A DNA stretch of 63,807 nt, counting the filler, from Octopus bimaculoides (Eukaryota), in the NCBI RefSeq assembly GCF_001194135.2. It is 5 parts of 4 records of this genome, joined end to end, with 100 filler letters (N's around TTAATTAATTAA, not from the genome) between each part and the next. Parts side by side here need not be neighbours in the genome. Positions count along the whole stretch, not along the records: positions 1 to 28,393 come from NC_068985.1; 4 more parts are not named here. The stretch is one strand, 5' to 3'. A program made the translations under genes and the position numbers. The notes beneath the pieces are model-generated. The model ran no database searches. It was not told the origin of the DNA and worked only from the letters and a program-made list of their open reading frames with translations. Positions within the stretch are counted from its first letter, which is position 1; every line of letters starts with the position of its first letter. Shown piece after piece: positions 1 through 10,513 of this stretch.

Positions 1-396
1 TATATATATATATATATATATATTCCATTTATTTTCTTCCTTACTCTTCAATTTAAAATTCGATTTCCATTCCCACCAAAATTTAGTTAGAAATGATTAT
101 CTCCCTTACAATAACTGGTCACCAGGTGACACTACATGTTTGAAATATTAAAAGATAATATAAATACTGATTTCTAACTTTTTTATAATGGAAAATGCTA
201 ATTTCTGACAGGAAATAGATGTATGCTGGAATAAACTGAAGTGATAGGAATAATGGTCTGATTTATGGCTGACAGAGTGACAACTTCGGGCATGTTTCAG
301 TCTTATGAAACCTCATCAGTAAATTACAGACAATGTTGACTGGATGAATGAAGAGAAAGCAAAATGTGTGCTATGATTAGCAGTGTGGTCACTCAC

Positions 397-446
397 AGGC
401 AACAGACATGAGGTCCATATCTTGTTAGTGAGCCTGTTACTCTCTT
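397..446 (-). CDS. Possible next RasGRP exon (EESNRLTNKIWTSCLLP)
   Basis: ttttaatcag|AA...CCT|gtgagt; 50 nt, open in the phase-1 frame required by the previous exon; no recognisable homology. Confidence 0.25.
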
Positions 447-600
447 CTGATTAAAATTATCACTCATAACGTTTAACATCATTTATACTACTAAGAGTGT
501 AGCCATTAATTCATAATGTTACTTAGCATCATTTCAATGAGAATTATAAGAAATTCATAACACACACACACACACACAGACACACACACACACAGATGAA

Positions 601-860
601 GGCAGATGGCTTAGTGGTTAGGGTGTTGATTCCCAGACCAGGCATTGCATTGTGTTTTTGAGTAAAACACTTCATTTTACATTACGCTGCAATCACTACA
701 TCACCTGACATGTTGTACACCTGTACAGGTAATGTCAATTTGATGGAGGAAGCAAGCTTATGTGAACACAAACATTTGATCACTATAAACAAACCATCTG
801 CGTGGCTGTTCAGCAAAAAAATTGCAGAACCCTCATACGTTGTCTAACAACAAGAGAGTC
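601..860 (+). mobile_element. tRNA-headed SINE (degenerate)
   Basis: A-box-like tggcttagtggttag and shared body ttgagtaaaacacttcatt; related copies at ~25825-26075, ~49510-49790, ~51780-52085(-), ~17880-18170(-), ~55645-55978(-). Confidence 0.65.
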
Positions 861-935
861 CATGATACAGACAGAGAAAGCAGGAGAGAGTATGAGGAGT
901 TGGAATGAAGAGATAATTTTCATAAATAGACTCAC

Positions 936-1034
936 CATTAAAAACAGAATCATGCCTGCGCGGACTGTTTAACTTTGGTCGACATTCCATAACAACCATA
1001 TCTTTACAGTGCTTGTGTACATTGATGGTACAAT
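936..1034 (-). CDS. RASGRP: RasGRP exon (C1 end, DCTINVHKHCKDMVVMECRPKLNSPRRHDSVFN)
   Basis: ccttcag|AT TGT...AAT G|gtgagt; 99 nt, phase 1/1; completes the HX12CX2CX13CX2CX4HX2CX7C pattern. Confidence 0.93.
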
Positions 1035-1159
1035 CTGAAGGAAGAGATCATTGGAGAAAATGTAGAACATTATTATAGCAATTACTATCATTAATATTAT
1101 TATTGAGTGAGAGAGCAGTGCATGCCATCAAAGTGACACTGAGGTACAATTATACGATT

Positions 1160-1682
1160 CTTATTTCTTTAGTGCCCACAGGGGGCTAAACATAGAGGGA
1201 ACAAACAAGGACAGACAAAGGAGTTAAGTCGATTACATTGACCCCAGTGCATAACTGGTACTTAATTTATCGACCCCTGGAAGGATGAAAGGCAAAGTCG
1301 ACCTTGGTGGAATTTGAACTCAGAACATAACGGCAGACAAAATACCGCTAACCATTTCGTCCAGCGTGCTAACGTTTCTGCCACCTCACCGCCTTCAGCT
1401 TTCAGTTTCTGTCCGCCAAATCCAATCTTTGTTACATACATATGCACACAGACACATAATTTTTTGTTTCTTTCTTGCCCACAGGGGGCTAAACAAGGAC
1501 AGACAAAGAGATTAAGTCAAATACATAAACCCCAGTGTGTAACTGGTACTTAATTTATCGACCCTGAAAGGATGAAAGGCAAAGTCGACTTTGGCAGAAT
1601 TTGAACTCAGAACGTTAACGACAGATAAAATACAGCTAAGCATTTCGCACAGCATGCTAACATTTCTGCCAACTCACCACCT
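1160..1682 (-). mobile_element. Two tandem Nin/Deu-domain-type tRNA SINEs
   Basis: Each carries gtcgactttgcctttcatcc...gataaattaagtaccag on the minus strand; same family at ~8570-8710, ~23340-23555, ~25139-25370(+), 39730-40555, ~40600-40800(+), ~56360-56779. Confidence 0.8.
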
Positions 1683-1732
1683 TTACACACAGACACATAA
1701 TACAAACTAAATGATAATACAAATATATCTAC

Positions 1733-1769
1733 CTTTACATTTCCATCCTTGCTTAATGAGGCCCCAAAG
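1733..1769 (-). CDS. RASGRP: RasGRP 37-nt exon (C1 middle, LWGLIKQGWKCK)
   Basis: ctttctag|CTT TGG GGC...AAA G|gtaga; phase 0/1; fits between its neighbours. Confidence 0.93.
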
Positions 1770-1812
1770 CTAGAAAGAGAAATAATATAGATTATATTAG
1801 ACATGTTATATT

Positions 1813-1845
<33 letters not shown>

Positions 1846-2284
1846 GTTTAATGTCCACTTTTCATGCTGACATGAGTTGGACGGTTTGACTGAGGACTGG
1901 CAAGCCTGGAGGCTGCACCGGGCTCCAATCTGATCTGGCAAGGTTTCTACAGCTGGATGCCCTTCCTAACACCAACCACTCAATAAGTGTAGTGGATGCT
2001 TTTTACGTGCCACCGGCATGAGGGCCAGTCACACGGTACTGGCAACGACCACACTCGAATGGTGCTTTTTACGCATGATTAATTCAATATGAATAAATAA
2101 GCAATATACTTGATAGAGTAATTTGAATGTTAAAGGGTTAAATATGGAAGTAACTAAAACTAAATTGTATTTGATAGCATAAAAGACACATGGGCATATT
2201 AGATGCATGCCAAATTAAGCAGTGCATATTCAGGTAAAAGTTTTCCGTGCATTGAAGCATGTAATATTTAGAGCAATCTAACAT

Positions 2285-2690
2285 CATCATCATCACCCAG
2301 TGTTTTAAATCCGGGTTTTGTAACCTGTTAATGGGGGTGGTCAGATCTACTTCAATGCCATAGCAACCGAGGTAGGCAGGTGCAGCCCACCCCAACCTTT
2401 GGGCTGGCTGATGCCCATTCTCCTTTGCTATCATGAGGCTGTTTTGGAGCTGGATTTTCTACAGGGAGCATGCACTTTCTTATCCCCAACCTCAGTTTCT
2501 AGACATGAGTGGTCCTGAGACCAAGGCCTCTACCACGATCTTTAAGAAATGTGGTGGAAAACTAGCTCAGGAAGGTGGGGACACTACTCCCTGAGATCCC
2601 TTTCAAAGCCACATGGTTGTAAAGCGAGCTTCCTAACAATACAGCCATACCTCTGCCTATAGACAGCCAGTACCTGATCCTAAAGATTCT
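2285..2690 (-). mobile_element. Short non-autonomous element sharing its 3' end with an RTE LINE
   Basis: Same unit at ~10870-11105(-) and ~19990-20395(+); the last ~65 nt and (GAT)n tail match the 3' end of the coding RTE fragment at 21270-21620. Confidence 0.65.
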
Positions 2691-2697
2691 TCTGGTT

Positions 2698-2701
<4 letters not shown>

Positions 2702-2735
<34 letters not shown>

Positions 2736-3336
2736 GTCTTTGTGCATGTGTGTGTGTGTGTATATCCATGTCCATGTATGTGTTTGTGTGTGTGTGTGTG
2801 AGTGCATGTGTGTATGTCCATGTTTGTGCATGTGTGTGTGTCCATGTCCATGTATGAGCGTGTGTGTGCGTGTCCATGTTTGTGCATGTGTGTGTGTATG
2901 TCCATGTCTATGTAAAGTGCATGTGTGGGTATGTGTGTGTGTGTGCGAGTGTATGTGTGTATCCATGTTTGTGCATGTGTGTGTCCATGTCCATGTATGT
3001 GCGTGTGTGTCTGCATGTGTGTGTGTGCATGTGCACATGTGTGTCTATGTATATGCATGTGTGTATGTGTACCTGTGTGTGTAATCATGTGCATATGTGT
3101 GTATGTGTGACTATGTCCATGCATGTGCATGAGTGTGTATGTGTGTGTGTATGTGTGTGTGTGTGTACATGTGTACATGCATGTGAATGTGTATGTGTGT
3201 GTCCATGTTTATGCATGTGTGAGTGGATGTGCCCATGTTTGTGCATGTGTGTGCATTCATTTATCTGCATGTGTGTGTGTGTTTCCATGTTTGTGTGCGT
3301 GTGCGTGTGTGTGTGTGTGATGTCTGTGTGTGAGAG
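2702..3336. repeat. Degenerate (GT)n / GTGTCCATGT-type minisatellite
   Basis: Recurrent tgtgtccatgtttgtgcatgtg-like units in a GT background; source of the VC/HT ORFs. Confidence 0.9.
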
Positions 3337-3469
3337 ATAATGAGAGACTGTGAGATCTAACATTTGTCATATGACACATAAAACTAATGATGTCTTAACA
3401 AAGTGTAATTGAGATAATTCTGTTTGCATAACGGTTTTAAACTGGTCTTGTCAGCTTACACCACATTTA

Positions 3470-4011
3470 TATCACAACCACTACCACAACCACCACTACT
3501 GCCACTACCACCACCTTCCACCACCGTCCACCACCACCGCCTTCCACCATCACTACTAAAACCACCACCACCACTCACCACCACCATCTGACACCACCAC
3601 CATCCAACACCACCATCCAACACCACCACCACCATGGTTACTACAACCACCTCTATCAGCTACTACCACCACCTACCACCACCACTACCACCACTACCAC
3701 CACTACCACCACCACCACCATCAACACCACCACCACCGCCATTGTTACTACAACCACCTCTGTCGTCTACTACCACCAGCTTCACCACCACAAATTTCCC
3801 TCTACTACCACCTTCACTATCTGTCCACTAACATCACAGCAAATACTATTGCAACTACCCTTACTATCATGACCATCACCTAACACTGACATCACTGGTA
3901 CTATACACTGAACAGCAGGGCAACTTTACCTTCACTACTACCACCTATACTCACCACTATCATCATCCATCACTAACAACCAACACCAACACCACAACTG
4001 CTACTACCACC

Positions 4012-4043
<32 letters not shown>

Positions 4044-4370
4044 CACCACCACCACTATCACCACTTCCACTACTAACATGACCATCACAACTAGCACCAC
4101 CATTACTACAACTACCAATGCCACAACCATCACCACTACCACCACCACTACCACCACCACCTCTACTATCACTACAACAACCACCACCACGACCACCACT
4201 TCCATTACCAACATGACCATCACAACCAGCACCACCATCATCATCACTACAACTACCAACATCTCCACTACCACCACCACCACCTCCTCTACCATCACTA
4301 CCACCAACACTGCGACCACCAGTGCTACCCACTACAATCACAATCATCATCGTCATCATCGCACACCACT
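3470..4370. repeat. Degenerate (CAC/ACT)n trinucleotide tract
   Basis: ~900 nt of accacc/actact; source of the poly-T/V/G/P ORFs. Confidence 0.9.
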
Positions 4371-5336
4371 CCTACCATTCTTCACCTTTGTTTGCTGACA
4401 GCAACACCATCCAAACCACAGCAGCCATTTCCAGAATATGTTAGCATGACATTTGTTTTAAGGTTTGTGTTTCTTGTTTATTAATTCTATTCAAAAAGTT
4501 TTAATATCTCTGGACGTTATTTGCTTGCCAACTTTGAAATAATACAGGTCAGCATCACTTTGCTATCATACATCACCACCACCACCGCCAGCATCATCAT
4601 CATTTAACATTCGTTTTCTATGCTGGCATGAGTTGGATGGTTTGGCAGGAGCTGGCCAGCAGGAGAGCTGCACCAGGCTCCAGTCATCCGTTTTGGCATG
4701 GTTTCTATGGCTGGATGCCCTTCCTAATATACATACATATATACATATACATATATATACAGCGGGCTTCTTTCAGTTTCCGTCTACCAAATCCACTCAC
4801 AAGGCTTTGGTCAGCCTGAGGCTCTAGCAGAAGACACTTGCCCAAAGTGCCACACAGTGGGACTGAACCCAGAACTATGTGGTTGGTAAGCAAGCTACTT
4901 ACCACACACCCACTCCTGCACCTANNNNNNNNNNNNNNNNNNNNNNNNNNNNNNNNNNNNNNNNNNNNNNNNNNNNNNNNNNNNNNNNNNNNNNNNNNNN
5001 NNNNNNNNNNNNNNNNNNNNNNNNNNNNNNNNNNNNNNNNNNNNNNNNNNNNNNNNNNNNNNNNNNNNNNNNNNNNNNNNNNNNNNNNNNNNNNNNNNNN
5101 NNNNNNNNNNNNNNNNNNNNNNNNNNNNNNNNNNNNNNNNNNNNNNNNNNNNNNNNNNNNNNNNNNNNNNNNNNNNNNNNNNNNNNNNNNNNNNNNNNNN
5201 NNNNNNNNNNNNNNNNNNNNNNNNNNNNNNNNNNNNNNNNNNNNNNNNNNNNNNNNNNNNNNNNNNNNNNNNNNNNNNNNNNNNNNNNNNNNNNNNNNNN
5301 NNNNNNNNNNNNNNNNNNNNNNNNCATATATATACA

Positions 5337-5499
5337 GCGGGCTTCTTTCAGTTTCCGTCTACCAAATCCACTCACAAGGCTTTGGTCAGCCTGAGGCTCT
5401 AGCAGAAGACACTTGCCCAAAGTGCCACACAGTGGGACTGAACCCAGAATTATGTGGTTGGTAAGCAAGCTACTTACCACACAGCCACTCCTGTGCCTA
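5337..5499 (-). mobile_element. CORE-type tRNA SINE 5' half (duplicated across the gap at 4757-4923)
   Basis: Reverse complement of ggcgcaggagtggctgtgtggtaagtagc...ccttgggcaagtgtc...gaaagaagccc. Confidence 0.85.
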
Positions 5500-5746
5500 C
5501 CAGATTTAAATTGTCTAAAAGAGCCTGCTAATTTTTGGAACTATCCAACTAAATTCAGACGCAAAATTTACAGCGCTAGTTCAAATCTCGTGGGAACTTG
5601 AAACTAAATTCTCACAATGTCATTACAACATTTTGTAGTCAGAATCAACAAAATAAATATGAATAAATATTATATGCATGTGAAATACAATAGAAAAAAA
5701 ACGATAATAAAGATGAAATGGATTTGATTATTTAATGATGTCTCAC

Positions 5747-5885
5747 CAGCCCTGTACAATGAGTACAAAATGTTGGTTGAAAATAGGTTTTCTCATGAAA
5801 ATCATGTTTGAAGCTGCTTCGCAGTGAATGGCAGTTGGCACGGATAAAATATGTTTTCATTTCGGATTTGCTTATCATACCATCC
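5747..5885 (-). CDS. RASGRP: RasGRP exon (EF-hand 2 end, C1 domain start)
   Basis: ctctgcag|G GAT GGT ATG...GGG CTG|gtgag; 139 nt, phase 2/0; DGMISKSEMKTYF...HDFHEKTYFQPTFCTHCTGL. Confidence 0.95.
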
Positions 5886-5903
5886 CTGCAGAGACAAAAA
5901 ATT

Positions 5904-5934
<31 letters not shown>

Positions 5935-6022
5935 AATAAACAGAATAAATAAAACTCTTTTATAAATAATTTCATCTGAACAATATGCAAAAATCCAAAT
6001 TTGTAAAATAATAATAATAATG

Positions 6023-6088
<66 letters not shown>

Positions 6089-6103
6089 TTAATAAAAATA
6101 ATA

Positions 6104-6262
6104 GGCGCAAGAGTGGCTATGTGGTGAGAAGCTTGCTTCCCAACCACATGGTTCCGGGTTCAGTCCCACTGTGTGACACTTTGAGTAAGTGTCTTCTACT
6201 ACAGCCTCGTGCTGACCAAAGCCTTGTGAGTGGATTTGGTAGGTGGAAACCGAAAGAAGCCC
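6104..6262 (+). mobile_element. CORE-type tRNA SINE 5' half
   Basis: Same family, opposite orientation; further copies at ~8060-8340(-), 15104-15510(+), ~22390-22720(+), ~23995-24822(-), ~27530-27838(-), 44357-44746(-, near full length). Confidence 0.85.
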
Positions 6263-6396
6263 ATCATGTGTCTGTGTATTTGTGTGTGTGTGTTTACGTG
6301 TGTGTGTCTGTGTTTGTTGGTAAGCAAGCTACTTACCACACAGCCACTCCTGCACCTATGAATAATTAAAAATGAAAGTAAAATGCAGGTTCTTAC

Positions 6397-6512
6397 TTAT
6401 CGGCATCAAGGACACAAAAGGAATCAATGAATGGAAAATTTCCTGCAATTGCTTCAAACTCAGCATTACAGATGAAGCCATCTTTGTCGTGGTCGTAGTT
6501 CTTGAATACAGC
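6397..6512 (-). CDS. RASGRP: RasGRP exon (EF-hand 1 and start of EF-hand 2)
   Basis: tttcag|GCT GTA TTC AAG AAC TAC GAC CAC GAC AAA GAT GGC...GAT AA|gtaag; 116 nt, phase 0/2; [38 protein letters not shown]. Confidence 0.95.
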
Positions 6513-6821
6513 CTGAAATGAGAATCAGAATATATGTCTCAGATAAAATTAGCAACACACCCGGACATTACTATCTCAAGTTCTAGAACTCCTAGGGCCA
6601 ATTACCCAGTTTCCTAGGATTCCTAGGGTCAGTTGTCAAGATCACAACATTCCCCTGAATGGGATGCGGTCTGTTGCAGGGTTACTCTTTCACAAGTGAT
6701 GCCCAGTCGGAGAATTGAAACTACAATCAGCACCCTAACCATGAGGCCTTGCACCTCCGCTTTGCATATTTAAAAATATAGAAAACCAACCATCTCAAAG
6801 ATATTCCAAAAATTTTGCACC

Positions 6822-6878
<57 letters not shown>

Positions 6879-9166
6879 ATTTGCTTGTTTTAATCGGAGC
6901 AATAATAATACATATTATTAAGGGTCTACATCACTCTCATTGTCCTCATAATGGTAAACCCTTCGTCTGGAGAATAAATATCACCCATAATTTCTCCAAT
7001 TGTAAAGATTTTACCAGACGAAGTGCTGGGTTTATTTCATCCTTGTTTCGTTGCAAAAAATATGTTTTCTTTTTGATTAAAAAGCAAAAGTAAACAACAG
7101 CTTTGAGGGATACCATTAACAATGAGTCATAAATACACTCCACGACAAAGCTGTAACATGATCGGTTGTCTATTTTTAGTATTTCATCTCCTTTTCCTAC
7201 ATGTGTTGTTCATTACCACATTAATGGGTATCCAGCAGAGATTAAATTTAGGCTGTTCCTGCTAACACCGGGGACACGGCACGATAAGGTTAGAAAAGTG
7301 CTGCAAATTGACAGGAGTTGTCATTTGATATTGTTGTTAATGTCAATTGTTGATATTATGGTGGTTTATGATACGTTGTGTAAATGTTATTTATGGATAT
7401 TGCCGTACCATATTCGTTGGCGTATAAGATGCACTCCTGCATAAGATGCACTCATATTTTGCAAGCATATTATGTGGTTAAAAATGAATTTAATACGTTT
7501 AACTCTTTAGCATTCAAAGTAATCTGTTAAATGTAATGCTTGTTTCTTTACATTGTTTCAAATAAATCTTGCATTACTTTGTAGCTTCTAGATTCCAGTG
7601 ACATCATCATCATCATTTAACGTCCGCTTTCCATGCAAGCATGGGTTGGACGATTTGACTGTGGACTGGCGAACCGGATGGCTACACCAGACTCCAATCT
7701 GATCTGGCAATGTTTCTACAGCTGGATGCCCTTCATAACGCCAACCACTCTGAGAGTGTAGTGGATGCTTTTTAAGTGCCACTGGCACAAGGGCCAGTTC
7801 GGCGATACTGGCAACGGCCACGCTCAAATGGTGTTTTTTACGTGCTACCTGCACAAGAGTCAGTCCAATGTTTTGTTCACATGCCACTGGCACAAGTGCC
7901 AGTAAGGTGAAGGTGAAGCTGGAAACAATCGCGCTCAAATGGTGCTTTTTACATGCCATGATTGGATATTTTTAGAATGACATTGTAGGCTAAGTGCAAG
8001 AGGCTGGATCAGGGCAATTTGAACATTAAAACAGGTGGAATATTTGGGCCAGATATTCTTTTACTCTTTTACTTGTTTCAGTCATTTCACAGCAGCCATG
8101 AAGGTGTACCACCTTTAGCCGAACAAATTGACCTCAGGACTTATTCTTTGTAAGCCTAGTACTTATTCTATCGGTATCTTTTGCCGAATCACTGATTTAC
8201 GGGGACGTAAACACACCAACATCGGTTGTCAAGTGGGGAACAAGCACAGACACATTTCCATCTACCAAATCCACTCACAAGGCTTTGGTCGGCCTGAGGC
8301 TATAGTAGAAGACATTTGCCCAAGGTGTTGCACAGTAGTTCCCATGCTCGCCTCACATAAAAAGCTTTCATGCTGGTCCCACATAAAGAGCACTGGTGCT
8401 GGTGCCACATAGAAAGCCCCCATGCTGGAGCTATGTATAAAGCACCCATGCTGGCCCTACATAAAAAGCTTTAATGCTGGTGCCACATAAAAAGCACCCT
8501 GTACACTCTGTAAGATGACTAGAGTTAGGAAGGACATCCAGGCATAGAAACCATGCTAAAACAGACAATATTGACTTTATTTTATCAATCCTGAAAGGGT
8601 GAAAGCAAAGTTGACCCCAGCAGAATTTGAACTCAGAACGTAAAACGCTGAAAGAAATTCAGCTAAGCCTTTTGCCCAGCGTGCTAACCACTCTGCCAAC
8701 TCACTGCCAAATAAAAAAAAATTAAGACAATGATGATGAAAATAAACAAAGAAAAAGCAAAACGAATAAGAAAAATTATTATTGTTCTTGTTGTTATTGT
8801 TGTCATCATCATCATCATAATCATTATCATTACATCTGGAATTTAAGATATTTGTCCTATTTTTTCATGTCAACAGAGCTATTTCATAAGAAAATCCCAC
8901 AAGGGAGTTAACTATTGAAATCATTTTCTTTTCTCTGTGTCTCTTACTCTGTCTCTCTATCTATCTCTATCTATATATCTATCAAAACACCACTCTCACT
9001 ACCACTCCCACTGTTACATGAGAAAACAAATGTCAAATTCTTTACATGGCTGATATCAAAAGCTTGCAGGGCGTCCATTTGAAAAGCTATGGAAATCACA
9101 CACCTTTCTGACTTTCTCATCATTTCATGCCTTATTCCACATTATGTGTCCTGCATCCACTACACC

Positions 9167-9206
<40 letters not shown>

Positions 9207-9482
9207 TCTATACATTTTTAATGGTTTCAGCCATCTAAATCAGTCATGCTGGAGCATCAAGTCCATGGATTTATAGGTGTAGGCATGGCTGTGGGGTAAG
9301 GAGTTTGTGTGTCTATGCATGTGTGAGTGAATCCTTATTTATTTGTGTTTGTTAGTTGTCTGTGTATATGTGTTCAGCTGATATACCCTCCAACCTTCAT
9401 CAGGTGTCTTGGGGAAATTTCGAACCTGGGTTCTCATTCCTAAGGTATTTTTTTATGTTCTTCTTCTTCTTCTTCTTCTTCT

Positions 9483-10057
9483 TATTATTATTATTATTAT
9501 TATTATTTTATGTTTGACTTTTGTTTTGCATTTGTACAAGTTGGATCCAAGTCTCACCCAGAGACCTCAAGAGACAACAAGTTAGAAGTTCATGTAGGTG
9601 TTATNNNNNNNNNNNNNNNNNNNNNNNNNNNNNNNNNNNNNNNNNNNNNNNNNNNNNNNNNNNNNNNNNNNNNNNNNNNNNNNNNNNNNNNNNNNNNNNN
9701 NNNNNNNNNNNNNNNNNNNNNNNNNNNNNNNNNNNNNNNNNNNNNNNNTGAGATCACATAGACAGTATTTTACGTAGGATATGGGCAGTTCCCATGAGCA
9801 CTATCTTTTGAACTTCAGCCATTTTGGGGTTTCCTGGTATCTGAGCTAGGTAGTAATCAGCCCGTTTCGCTGTCATTCCCAGGGCACCTATGACAATAGG
9901 TATTGTTTTCGTCTTCAGATTCCACATTTTGCTAATTTCTATTTCAAGATCTTTATATTTGCTCAGTTTTTGGTAGGTCTTGACAGATACGTTTATATCG
10001 ATTGGGACAGTCATATCAATGAGGAGGCATGATTTTTGTCTGAAGTCTTTCAGTATG
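9483..10057 (-). mobile_element. 5'-truncated Dong/R4-clade LINE (REL-endonuclease C-terminus plus 3' UTR and (AAT)n tail)
   Basis: ORF 9754-10014 (KLSKYKDLEIEISKMW...IPIVIGALG...VQKIVLMGTAHILRK); (TAT)n on both sides; UTR also at ~30850-31080 and ~63010-63225. Confidence 0.85.
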
Positions 10058-10100
<43 letters not shown>

Positions 10101-10261
10101 TTACTGCCTGGAATCAAACTTGGAATCTTGGAGTTAGTAACCCGCGCTCTTAACTACTATGCCATATGCCGGTAGGCAATTATGGAGTGAATTTTTGGGC
10201 TTATAAATCTAATATTTTCCTATCCTTTAGGAATGAGAACCCAGGTTTGAAATTTCCCCAA

Positions 10262-10307
10262 GACACCTGATGAAGGCTGGAGGGTATATCAGTCGAAACG
10301 TTGTGTT
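10262..10307 (+). ncRNA. Minimal type I hammerhead ribozyme motif
   Basis: Stem I GACAC, CTGATGA, A, stem II GGCTG/CAGTC, GAAAC, GTT, stem I' GTGTT; all core nucleotides present; palindromic loop-less stem III implies dimeric folding. Confidence 0.7.
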
Positions 10308-10411
10308 AACAACAAACAAGATGAGGACAAATATCTGTCAAATGTAAATAATGTAAATAATGTACATAATTCCTCATCTCTTCTTAAATATAGATCTGTA
10401 TAGAAACTTAC

Positions 10412-10513
10412 CTCCACCATATTATGCACGTGTTTGTTTATAGTTTCTGCATCTGGTGGACTTACTCCTGCAACCCAGTCAGCGAACACAACAGGCTTTG
10501 TAGGAGTAACTGG
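10412..10513 (-). CDS. RASGRP: RasGRP exon (linker PVTPTKPVVFADW...KHVHNMVE)
   Basis: ttttgcag|CCA...GAG|gtaagt; 102 nt, phase 0/0; W..GV.P.PD..TI.KHV..MV motif. Confidence 0.93.

Larger units (their letters stand above)
9376..10400. mobile_element. Penelope-LTR/retrozyme-like repeat with tRNA-like module and hammerhead; inverted composite copy interrupted by a Dong fragment
   Basis: Minus-strand body (9376-~9460 and 10097-10226) abuts a plus-strand body (10227-10400); family also at ~14640-14985 and ~16010-16287. Confidence 0.7.

Noticed and set aside
270-330. Minus-strand CTGATGA...GAAAC hammerhead-like motif
   Set aside because: No GUH triplet or stem I pairing in register; at best a decayed relic
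2657-4398. Long HT/VC/T/V/G-rich ORFs
   Set aside because: Translations of microsatellite-like tracts; open in several frames on both strands
4745-5499. Tandem SINE duplication across a gap (also 20127-20260)
   Set aside because: Near-identical sequence on both sides of Ns is typical of unmerged contig overlap
8340-8500. Spaced GCTGGTGCCACATAAAAAGC units resembling a CRISPR array
   Set aside because: Eukaryotic context, irregular short spacing, and the same unit occurs in RTE 3' UTR fragments (e.g. ~21720, ~23670)
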